A program made the position numbers and the translations under genes. The notes beneath the pieces are model-generated. The model was not told the origin of the DNA. It searched no databases and saw only the letters and a program-made list of their open reading frames with translations. From contig JAGYLS010000037.1 in the NCBI GenBank assembly GCA_018400815.1, forward strand, positions 1-16,869: a stretch of DNA of 16,869 nt, written 5' to 3'. Shown piece by piece: positions 7,608 to 15,222 of the stretch (positions are counted from its first letter, which is position 1; each line of letters begins with the position of its first letter). The DNA comes from Candidatus Oleincola secundus. GTDB taxonomy: Bacteria; Atribacterota; Phoenicimicrobiia; Phoenicimicrobiales; Stramentimicrobiaceae.

Positions 7608-9110
7608 TTATTTTTCGACAATTTTATAAGCTTCCAAAACATCTCCGGGAGTGATATCGATTTTTGATTTTAAGTCCATCCCGAACTCATCTCCTTCATT
7701 TACTTCTTTAGTTTGAATTTTTTGACTTTGCATACCAACAATAACACCTCTACCGATCTCAAAATCTCTTCTTAAAATTTTAACATCAGCAGATAAAACT
7801 AATTTTCCTTCTTTTACTTTTCCACCAATGATTTGGTTAGTTTTTGTTTTACTGAAAACTCTAATAATTTTTGCTAAACCAATTTTTTCCTCAACTTTTA
7901 TTTTTGGAACAAGATCCTTTATATTTTCTTCCAACCATTCGGTTAGTTTATAGATAACGTCAACTACAACGATTTTGATTCCCTGTCGTTCAGCCAAGTC
8001 TTTTATATGTTGACTAACCTTAACATTGAAGCCAACAATCAAGGTGTTTTCTTTACTACCGGTTGTCTTTATATCATTTTCATTAATATCTCCAACCCCT
8101 GCGGAAATAATTTGAATAGAAGCTCTTTCCTGTTCTATTTTTTCTATTTCCTGTTGAATAGCGTCTATAGAACCAAAAACATCAGCTTTCACAATTATGG
8201 AAATTTTTGTATCATCGTCATTAGAAGATGATCTATTAATAATTGTTTTATCTGGTATTATGTCTTCTTTTTCCAAACTATTTGCTGCCATTTCAGCTTC
8301 TTTTTTCGAAGTAAAAGTTTTAAAAAAAGTTCCAGCTTCCGGAACTCCATTGATTCCAATTAATTTAATAGGACTAGAAAAAGTAGCTTCATTAATAAGG
8401 TTTCCAGAGAAATCTTCTAATCTCCTGATGGGACTAACTTTGCCGTCTATCAAAATAAAGTTTCCTTTTTTCAATGTTCCGTTTTTTATTATAGCAACTA
8501 TCTCTGTCCCTTTTTGAGTGTCTATTTTTGACTCCAAAACAAAACCACTGGCTAAATTATTTTCACCACCTTTTAATTCTTCCATTTCTGAGGCCAAAAA
8601 AATAGTCTCTAAAAGTTCAGGAACACCTTCTCCTGTTTTTGCTGAAATTGCATTAAAGGGTACATCTCCTCCGAGGCCTTCAAGAAAAATTTCATTTTCC
8701 ATCAGTTCTTGTTTTACTCTTTCGACGTTTGCATTAGGTTTATCAATTTTATTTATGGCAACTATAAAAGGTATCTCAGCTTCTTTAATACTTTTATAAG
8801 CTTCAATCGTTTGAGGTTTTACACCATCTTCAGCCGAAACAATTAAGATAGCAATATCAGCTATACAAGCACCTGTAGAACGAACATTACAAAAGGCAGC
8901 ATGTCCAGGGGTATCTATAAAAGTAATTCTTCTTTTTTCATAAACAACTTCATAGGCAGAGATATGTTGAGTAATACTTCCAGCTTCACTTTCAACAATG
9001 TTGGTTTTACGAATAAAATCTAAGAGTGTAGATTTCCCATGATCAATATGACCCATGACAACAACTACAGGAGGTCTTTCTATTAAGTTTTCTTCTTTTT
9101 TTTTAATCAT
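7608..9110 (-). CDS. infB: Translation initiation factor IF-2, lacking the N-terminal domain
   Basis: RPPVVVVMGHIDHGKSTLLD, ITQHI, DTPGH, NKID, SAKTG, KADV.GS, IVGFNV, VIYKL, GDEFG. Confidence 0.96.
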   Translation of the reverse strand: MIKKKEENLIERPPVVVVMGHIDHGKSTLLDFIRKTNIVESEAGSITQHISAYEVVYEKRRITFIDTPGHAAFCNVRSTGACIADIAILIVSAEDGVKPQTIEAYKSIKEAEIPFIVAINKIDKPNANVERVKQELMENEIFLEGLGGDVPFNAISAKTGEGVPELLETIFLASEMEELKGGENNLASGFVLESKIDTQKGTEIVAIIKNGTLKKGNFILIDGKVSPIRRLEDFSGNLINEATFSSPIKLIGINGVPEAGTFFKTFTSKKEAEMAANSLEKEDIIPDKTIINRSSSNDDDTKISIIVKADVFGSIDAIQQEIEKIEQERASIQIISAGVGDINENDIKTTGSKENTLIVGFNVKVSQHIKDLAERQGIKIVVVDVIYKLTEWLEENIKDLVPKIKVEEKIGLAKIIRVFSKTKTNQIIGGKVKEGKLVLSADVKILRRDFEIGRGVIVGMQSQKIQTKEVNEGDEFGMDLKSKIDITPGDVLEAYKIVEK

Positions 9111-9113
9111 GAT

Positions 9114-9581
9114 TTAAACAGATGCTTTCGTTTTATTTAAAGCTGAAGTTTCTTCTTCGGATAATTCGTATTTTGATTGCCAATCTTTTATTGGTTTAGC
9201 AAAGACGCGAACGTTGTCTCTAGCATATAAACTGGAGATTACTAGCCCGTTACCCTTTTTGTTCACAAGGGTAGCAGCAAAACTTTGATCCCCTCCAACA
9301 CCATTGTCTTTGAAAGGGTTGAATCGAATGACTTCTAAATTTTGAATACTATCTCCCAGCCTTTCTTCTATGACTTTAAACTTATTTATCGTTTTATTTT
9401 CGAATTGATGTAAATCTTCAATTTTATCATCAATAGAAATAATTTTGTTTCTTAAACTCCCTTTGTCTTTTAGAATTTTAATGTCTTTACTTTTTAATTC
9501 TAGACGGATAAGCCATAAAATAAGCAAGACATTTATTCCAACTAGTATATACAAGGTTATTTCTTCTATAGTAAAAGTCAT
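9114..9581 (-). CDS. DUF4446 family membrane-anchored protein
   Basis: N-terminal TM helix, coiled segment, IRFNPF.D..GGDQSFA..L....NG.VISSLY.R...RVFAKPI, LSEEE. Confidence 0.85.
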   Translation of the reverse strand: MTFTIEEITLYILVGINVLLILWLIRLELKSKDIKILKDKGSLRNKIISIDDKIEDLHQFENKTINKFKVIEERLGDSIQNLEVIRFNPFKDNGVGGDQSFAATLVNKKGNGLVISSLYARDNVRVFAKPIKDWQSKYELSEEETSALNKTKASV

Positions 9582-9591
9582 TATGCCTGAA

Positions 9592-9619
9592 ATTATACAC
9601 TACAAGGGCTTTTTTGCAA
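9592..9619 (-). promoter_or_regulatory. Sigma70-type promoter of the DUF4446-infB-rbfA operon
   Basis: TTGCAA-16 nt-TATAAT, 10 nt before ATG 9581. Confidence 0.6.
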
Positions 9620-9638
9620 TTTAACCTATAAAAAATAA

Positions 9639-9715
9639 GACGGGCAAGGCGGCTAAAACATCTTCGATGTTCGCCCGATCAAAACAAAGTTTTGATTTAG
9701 GGAGCCTTGCCCGTC
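9639..9715. repeat. Branched palindromic (REP/MITE-like) element
   Basis: Outer 12-bp perfect inverted repeat GACGGGCAAGGC/GCCTTGCCCGTC enclosing AACATC-TTC-GATGTT and ATCAAAAC-AAA-GTTTTGAT. Confidence 0.75.
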
Positions 9716-9761
9716 CTCGCCCTTCATTTTCATCAACCTCAAAAAATGTTAACATATAGAA

Positions 9762-10961
9762 ATGTTAAATAGGAAGATAAACCATAAAACATTGTTTGGG
9801 CGAGGAAGAATTTACTTGGATCACGCAGCTGCCACACCTTTACGATCCGAAGCTAAAAAGGTCATGGATCGTTTTTGGGACGTTGATTTTGGTAATGCAG
9901 GAGCAATTCACACCGAAGGAGTCATTGCCAAAAAGGCTGTGGCCGATTCCAGGAAAACAATTGCCGATATACTTAATGCTCAACCAAACGAAATAACTTT
10001 TACTTCCGGAGGAACAGAAGCCAACAGTTTGGCTATCCTTGGTTTTATTAATAAATTAAATGAAACAGGTAAAAGATTTGAAGAAATGCACTTAATCACC
10101 AGCACTTTTGAACACCCTTCAGTCTTGCAATGTTTTAAATATTTTGAAGGCGAAGGTGCGCAAGTTGATTATTTAAATATTGATCAAGAGGGGATAGTGA
10201 GTTTAGAACAACTAAAAAAAATAATAAATACAAAAACAGTTCTAATTTCAATTATGTTCGTCAATAATGAAATCGGTACTATTCAACCAATTTCAGAAAT
10301 AGCTAAAATCATCCATAACTTTAAAAAAAGACAACCACAACAGACCAACTTTCCCGTTTTCCATAGCGACGCTGCCCAAGCACTTCTTTTCTTACCTATC
10401 AATACACAAAAACTAAATGTTGATATGATGAGTTTTGATGCACAAAAAATTTATGGTCCCAAAGGTGTGGGAGCGCTCTTCATTAGAAAAGGAATTGAAA
10501 TCAACCCTCTCATCATTGGAGGTGGCCAAGAAAGAGGTTTGCGCCCGGGAACAGAAAACACTCCACTGATTGTCGGTTTCGCTAAAGCTTTGGAACTAGC
10601 CGAATACGAAAAAGAAAAAGAATCCCAAAGGCTAACAGAACTAAGAGATTATTTTATTACAGAAATTCTTAAAAAAATTCCATGCGCGAAATTAAACGGC
10701 AGTCCAGAAAAACGCCTTTGCAATAGTGCCAACATCTTTTTCCCAAAAATTAACAATGAATTTCTTGTCATCCAGTTAGATCAAAAGGGAATTGCTTGTT
10801 CTACTAAATCAGCTTGTTTAACAAACAAGGCTTCCTATGTAGTTAACTCTCTCGGAGCAGGAGAAAATAGAGGAGACGGTTCAGTTAGATTTACTTTGGG
10901 TAAATCCACTACTAAACAAAATATTGATTATCTAATTAGGTGTCTTGTAGAAATTTGTTGA
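9762..10961 (+). CDS. Cysteine desulfurase, IscS/NifS family (class V PLP aminotransferase fold)
   Basis: YLDHAAATP, FTSGGTEAN, EHPSV, NNEIGTIQP, HSDAAQ, AQKIYGPKG (PLP Lys), RPGTEN, KSAC (catalytic Cys). Confidence 0.92.
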   Translation: MLNRKINHKTLFGRGRIYLDHAAATPLRSEAKKVMDRFWDVDFGNAGAIHTEGVIAKKAVADSRKTIADILNAQPNEITFTSGGTEANSLAILGFINKLNETGKRFEEMHLITSTFEHPSVLQCFKYFEGEGAQVDYLNIDQEGIVSLEQLKKIINTKTVLISIMFVNNEIGTIQPISEIAKIIHNFKKRQPQQTNFPVFHSDAAQALLFLPINTQKLNVDMMSFDAQKIYGPKGVGALFIRKGIEINPLIIGGGQERGLRPGTENTPLIVGFAKALELAEYEKEKESQRLTELRDYFITEILKKIPCAKLNGSPEKRLCNSANIFFPKINNEFLVIQLDQKGIACSTKSACLTNKASYVVNSLGAGENRGDGSVRFTLGKSTTKQNIDYLIRCLVEIC

Positions 10962-10963
10962 AT

Positions 10964-10991
10964 TTGATTTAAATTTTTTTTTCTATATAAT
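10964..10991 (+). promoter_or_regulatory. Sigma70-type promoter of the HtrA-like gene
   Basis: TTGATT-16 nt-TATAAT, 7 nt before ATG 10999. Confidence 0.6.
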
Positions 10992-10998
10992 TTGACTT

Positions 10999-11904
10999 AT
11001 GGATATAGAAGAATTAAACAAAACACAAATAATTCTTTTGACTCTCTTAATAAGTTTCGTTACTTCTATTGCTACTGGGATAGTGACCGTTTCCTTAGTT
11101 AATCAGGCTCCTCCTGTTGTCACTGATACCATTCACCGAGTTATTGAAAAAACAGTTGAAAGAGTTGTTCCTGGTGAACAAAAAGCTACCATCATTGAGA
11201 ACACAAAAACGATAATAATTAGTGATCAAGATTTTATCATCGATGCCATTGAAGATAATTCAGAATCTCTAGTGAGAGTTTTCACCACTGTTGAAATTAA
11301 AGATGCAGAAGGAATAATTACACAGACAGATAAATTTGTTGGTTTGGGAATTATTATTTCCGCTGAAGGTAAAATTATAATGAATAGTCTTGACCTACCA
11401 AAGGATCCAGAAACGACAGAATTTTTTATTACGATTAAAGATAAGAAAATAAAATTAAATATTATTGAAAAACTACCCAGTAACGAAATCACTTTGCTAA
11501 CTATTCAGCCAGAAGAAGCTGAAAATAAATACGTCTTTAAACCAGTTAAATTAGGCAACTCAGATGCTCTTAAATTGGGTCAGTCAATTGTTTCCATAGG
11601 TGGGAAAGAATCAAATGTTGTTTTAACAGGAATTATTTCAAACTTGAAGATAGGGGAATTACCAACCCTAACGGCTACTTCAACTAATCCAATTGCTGAG
11701 GATAAACCAAAAAACATTATTTTAGAAATTGAAACTAATTTAGATTCTCAATTACCTATGGGGTTACTTATTGATTTGGACGGAGAGATTATTGGATTCA
11801 AATCTACCACTAACTTTTATATACCTGTTGATCTAATCAAACAGGACTTAGATAAAATAAATAAGGTGGCCACAGAGAATTCTCAGCCAACTACTGGAAT
11901 ATAG
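10999..11904 (+). CDS. Membrane-anchored HtrA/DegP-like trypsin-fold protein, catalytic triad apparently lost, no PDZ domain
   Basis: TM helix; SLVRV, GLGIIISAEG, LGNSD.LKLGQ.IVSIG, V.TGIIS, IET, LIDLDGEIIG align with the S1C scaffold, but TNxHV, D and GNSGG are absent. Confidence 0.7.
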   Translation: MDIEELNKTQIILLTLLISFVTSIATGIVTVSLVNQAPPVVTDTIHRVIEKTVERVVPGEQKATIIENTKTIIISDQDFIIDAIEDNSESLVRVFTTVEIKDAEGIITQTDKFVGLGIIISAEGKIIMNSLDLPKDPETTEFFITIKDKKIKLNIIEKLPSNEITLLTIQPEEAENKYVFKPVKLGNSDALKLGQSIVSIGGKESNVVLTGIISNLKIGELPTLTATSTNPIAEDKPKNIILEIETNLDSQLPMGLLIDLDGEIIGFKSTTNFYIPVDLIKQDLDKINKVATENSQPTTGI

Positions 11905-11910
11905 ATACGA

Positions 11911-11939
11911 TTGACCAAACCACAAAAATCCAGTATATT
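11911..11939 (+). promoter_or_regulatory. Sigma70-type promoter of the Clp ATPase gene
   Basis: TTGACC-17 nt-TATATT. Confidence 0.6.
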
Positions 11940-11963
11940 ATTGGTAAGTTGTTTTGTGTGGAT

Positions 11964-11994
11964 AGTGAGGTTTTTGCTTCGCAAAAACCTCACT
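11964..11994. repeat. Perfect 14-bp hairpin with TTC/GAA triloop in the clp leader
   Basis: AGTGAGGTTTTTGC-TTC-GCAAAAACCTCACT. Confidence 0.75.
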
Positions 11995-12021
11995 CACCAC
12001 CAAACCGAAAAAACTAAAATC

Positions 12022-14709
12022 ATGCCACCATTTCAAAATTTCACAACAAAAGCAAAAGAAGTCATTCGTCATTCTCACGAATTGGCTATTGAACGAGGAC
12101 AAAACCACGTTAGCCACCTCCACCTTTTTGCTGCTATTTTAATACAAGAAGAAAATACTGTAATTTCTATTCTAGAAAAATTGAATGTTGATATCATACT
12201 TTTAGCCGACACTTTGCTTGAGTTGATTGAATCTCCAGAAAAAGCCACTACTTTAACACCTTCCTACCAAATATTTTTGACTCCAGAATTAGCAGAAGTT
12301 CTACAGAAAACAACCCTCATAGCTCAGAACCTTGGTGATGATTTTGTTTCGGTTGAGCATCTCTTCATAGCCCTTTTTGATGTTCCAGGAGATATTCATG
12401 AGATAATGAATAGATTTAACATCAAGAAAGAAGAGGTCCTTTCAATTCTACAAGAGATAAAAGAAGGTAAAATTACAGATGTAAAAAAACCAAAAAAATA
12501 TAAAGCCCTTTCAAAATTCACCAGGGATTTAACTAAATTAGCCAACGAAAATAAATTAGATCCTGTTATTGGACGAGACAATGAAATTCGCCGAATTGTT
12601 CAGATTCTTTCTCGCCGAACCAAAAATAATCCAATACTAATAGGGGATGCTGGTGTAGGAAAAACCGCTATCGCCGAAGGTTTAGCTTTACGAATTGCTC
12701 AAGGTGATATCCCAGGATCACTAAAAGATAAAAAAATAGTTTCTCTAGACATTGGTCTTTTGGTAGCCGGTACAAAATATAGAGGAGAATTTGAAGATCG
12801 TCTTAAAGCTATCATCAAAGAAATTCAACAATCAGATGGGAAAATAATTCTTTTCATTGATGAAGTTCATACCATCGTCGGTGCCGGGGCATCAGAAGGA
12901 TCCATGGATGCTTCTAATATGCTTAAACCTGCTTTAGCTAGAGGAGAGTTACAAGCTATCGGGGCAACTACTTTAAGAGAATATCAAAGATATATTGAAA
13001 AAGATCCAGCTTTAACTAGGCGATTTCAACCTGTTCACGTTAGTGAACCATCCATTGAAGACACTATCGCCATTCTCAGAGGTCTTAAGGAGAGATATGA
13101 AATGTATCATGGGGTCAAAATCATAGATGATGCCATTGTAGCAGCGGTTAATTTATCAAGTCGTTATATCACAGATAGATTTTTACCAGATAAGGCCATT
13201 GATCTAATTGATGAATCAGCTTCATCTTTAAAAATTTCATTGGAAAACAAACCACCCGTCTTAGAAGAGACTGACAGAAATGTAAGAAGGTTAGAAATTG
13301 AAAAACAAGCACTCAAAAAAGATTCTAAGCCGAAAAATAATGCTCGTATAAAAAAAATAGAAGAAGAGATAGCTAATCTAAAAGAAAAGACTTCCGAACT
13401 ATCTGTTAAATGGAACAACGAAAAAACAATTCTATCTGAAATAAAAGATATTAAAGAAAGACTGGAACAATTTAGATTGGAATCAGACCAAAGTGAAATT
13501 ATGGCTGATTTAGCGAGAACTGCTGAAATAAGATATTCTGAAATTCCAAAAGCTGAAAAAGAATTAAAAGAAAATATAGATAGATTAAAGAAGTTGAAAA
13601 AAAGTGGGCGTATTCTTAATGAAGAAATTACAGCTGAAGATATTGCTGATATTGTTAGCCGTTGGACAGGAATTCCAATTACTAGGATGCTGGAGGAAGA
13701 GGCATCTAAATTAGGGAGAATTGAAGATGATCTTAAAAAAGTTGTTATCGGACAAGATGATGCTATTCGTAAAATAGCCGATGCGATTAAAAGATCCCGT
13801 GTAGGTATTTCTGATCCGAATCGACCTATTGGTTCTTTTATGTTTTTGGGTCCCACAGGAGTAGGGAAGACTGAATTAACGAAAAAGTTAGCAGAAACTA
13901 TGTTTAATGATAGTAAGGCTTTAATTAGAGTTGATATGTCTGAATACATGGAAAAGCATAGTATTTCAAAATTAATTGGTGCCCCTCCAGGTTATGTTGG
14001 CCATGAAGAAGGTGGTTCTCTAACTGAAACAGTTCGTCACAGGCCTTACTCTGTTATTTTGTTTGATGAGATAGAAAAAGCTCATCCAGAAGTCTTTAAC
14101 TTATTGTTGCAGGTTTTAGATGACGGTGTTTTGACCGACGCTAAGGGTAAAGTCGCTAATTTCAAAAATACTATTATAATTTTAACCTCAAACATTGGTT
14201 CTAAATTCATCGGTAGAATGGAAACTATTGGTTTCAATAATGATACAAGTGAAGAACAATATGAGGAAACTAAGAAGAAAGTTTTGGACTCCCTTAAAGA
14301 TTATTTTAGACCAGAATTTTTGAATCGTTTGGACGATATTATTGTTTTTGATATTTTAAAGATGGATACCACTCAAAAAATTGTTGATATTCAAATTGAT
14401 TTAATAAAAAAGAGACTAAAAGATAAAAATATTACCCTAAGTATTTCAAAGGGGGCTCTTTTATATTTAGTTAAAAAAGGCTATAATCCACAGTACGGAG
14501 CGAGACCTTTGAAACGATTAATTCAAAATGAAATTTTAACACCTGTAGCTACAGAAATGATTTCCAACGGAATGATGCAAGGAGGTTCAGTTTCAATTGA
14601 TGTTAAAAATGAAAAATTAACTTTTGTTGTAAAAAAGAAAGGTGGTGTTTCAGTTACAAAGAAAGTAAAAAGTAGTAAAAAAACAGTTAAAGAAAAAGTT
14701 TCTGTCTAA
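12022..14709 (+). CDS. clpB: ATP-dependent Clp chaperone, ClpB-type with long M domain and an IGF loop
   Basis: Clp N repeats, NBD1 [20 protein letters not shown], long coiled-coil M domain, NBD2 [20 protein letters not shown]; start reassigned to ATG 12022 (MPPFQNFT). Confidence 0.88.
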   Translation: MPPFQNFTTKAKEVIRHSHELAIERGQNHVSHLHLFAAILIQEENTVISILEKLNVDIILLADTLLELIESPEKATTLTPSYQIFLTPELAEVLQKTTLIAQNLGDDFVSVEHLFIALFDVPGDIHEIMNRFNIKKEEVLSILQEIKEGKITDVKKPKKYKALSKFTRDLTKLANENKLDPVIGRDNEIRRIVQILSRRTKNNPILIGDAGVGKTAIAEGLALRIAQGDIPGSLKDKKIVSLDIGLLVAGTKYRGEFEDRLKAIIKEIQQSDGKIILFIDEVHTIVGAGASEGSMDASNMLKPALARGELQAIGATTLREYQRYIEKDPALTRRFQPVHVSEPSIEDTIAILRGLKERYEMYHGVKIIDDAIVAAVNLSSRYITDRFLPDKAIDLIDESASSLKISLENKPPVLEETDRNVRRLEIEKQALKKDSKPKNNARIKKIEEEIANLKEKTSELSVKWNNEKTILSEIKDIKERLEQFRLESDQSEIMADLARTAEIRYSEIPKAEKELKENIDRLKKLKKSGRILNEEITAEDIADIVSRWTGIPITRMLEEEASKLGRIEDDLKKVVIGQDDAIRKIADAIKRSRVGISDPNRPIGSFMFLGPTGVGKTELTKKLAETMFNDSKALIRVDMSEYMEKHSISKLIGAPPGYVGHEEGGSLTETVRHRPYSVILFDEIEKAHPEVFNLLLQVLDDGVLTDAKGKVANFKNTIIILTSNIGSKFIGRMETIGFNNDTSEEQYEETKKKVLDSLKDYFRPEFLNRLDDIIVFDILKMDTTQKIVDIQIDLIKKRLKDKNITLSISKGALLYLVKKGYNPQYGARPLKRLIQNEILTPVATEMISNGMMQGGSVSIDVKNEKLTFVVKKKGGVSVTKKVKSSKKTVKEKVSV

Positions 14710-14729
14710 AATTATAAGTTCTTATCGTC

Positions 14730-14765
14730 GACTTTTGACTTTAAGGACTTTATAAACTTTAGACT
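14730..14765 (+). repeat. Degenerate (G/A)ACTTT tandem repeats upstream of tRNA-Tyr, possibly its promoter
   Basis: GACTTTT-GACTTTAAG-GACTTTATA-AACTTTA-GACT; contains TTGACT and TAGACT. Confidence 0.6.
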
Positions 14766-14772
14766 AAATTAT

Positions 14773-14858
14773 GCGTCGGTGGTAGAGCGGTCAAATACAC
14801 GAGTCTGTAAAACTCGCGCCTTCGGGCTACGCAGGTTCGAATCCTGCCCGGCGCACCA
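14773..14858 (+). tRNA. tRNA-Tyr (GTA), 3' CCA encoded
   Basis: Acceptor GCGTCGG/CCGGCGC, anticodon arm CGAGT-CTGTAAA-ACTCG, long variable arm GCC-TTCG-GGC, T arm GCAGG-TTCGAAT-CCTGC, ACCA end. Confidence 0.97.
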
Positions 14859-14898
14859 GAATATTAAAACAGCCCTCAATGGGCTGTTTTAATATTCT
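14858..14898 (+). terminator. Intrinsic terminator of tRNA-Tyr (copy 1)
   Basis: 18-bp perfect stem AGAATATTAAAACAGCCC-TCAAT-GGGCTGTTTTAATATTCT. Confidence 0.8.
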
Positions 14899-14902
14899 AA
14901 TC

Positions 14903-15065
14903 GGTGCGCCGGGCAGGATTCGAAAAACGGACTGAGCGAAGCGAGGGAGTTGGGGTCGAGAGTACTTAATAATTTTGGAGTACGAAGTACGAACAAAATT
15001 ATTTAGTAACTCGTGACCGAATCCTGCCCGGCTTTAAACAGCCCTCAATGGGCTGTTTTAATATT
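14903..15065. mobile_element. Putative non-coding tRNA-associated element: inverted tRNA 3' copy, structured core, direct tRNA 3' copy and second terminator copy
   Basis: 14903-14924 is the reverse complement of 14836-14857; 15018-15032 equals 14838-14852; 15036-15065 equals 14867-14896. Mobility is inferred, not shown. Confidence 0.6.
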
Positions 15066-15093
15066 GTATTAACATTAAGAACTATTTCAAAAA

Positions 15094-15118
15094 GGCGGAA
15101 AATCAAAGATTTTCCGCC
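15094..15118. terminator. Perfect 11-bp hairpin with AAA triloop, possible minus-strand terminator or REP-like site
   Basis: GGCGGAAAATC-AAA-GATTTTCCGCC, followed by a T-run on the minus strand. Confidence 0.55.
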
Positions 15119-15119
15119 C

Positions 15120-15149
15120 CCTATCCCAGTAAAACCCCCTTAATTCTTC
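15120..15149 (+). repeat. Direct repeat, left of creD
   Basis: CCTATCCCAGTAAAACCCccttAATTCTTC; 27/30 identical to 16649-16678, first 18 bp exact. Confidence 0.85.
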
Positions 15150-15186
15150 CATATCAATGACATCCGCAGACAAAAATTTCAAATCC

Positions 15187-15215
15187 TTGCTGTATTTACC
15201 AATAAGTTTTATTAT
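15187..15215 (+). promoter_or_regulatory. Sigma70-type promoter of creD
   Basis: TTGCTG-17 nt-TATTAT, 7 nt before ATG 15223. Confidence 0.5.
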
Positions 15216-15222
15216 ATATTAT

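Noticed and set aside
8007..8799. Three plus-strand ORFs inside infB
   Set aside because: Antisense shadows of a conserved gene
13164..13949. 261-aa minus-strand ORF
   Set aside because: Antisense shadow of clpB, Ser/Ile/Phe-rich with no recognisable motifs
14903..15032. A second tRNA gene, or a tRNA with an intron
   Set aside because: Only T-loop and acceptor 3' fragments are present; no D arm, anticodon arm or 5' acceptor strand
15120..15129. CTATCCCAG as a tRNA-Gln 3'-end att core
   Set aside because: Only a 9-10 nt resemblance, no T arm and no tRNA-Gln in the window, so untestable here
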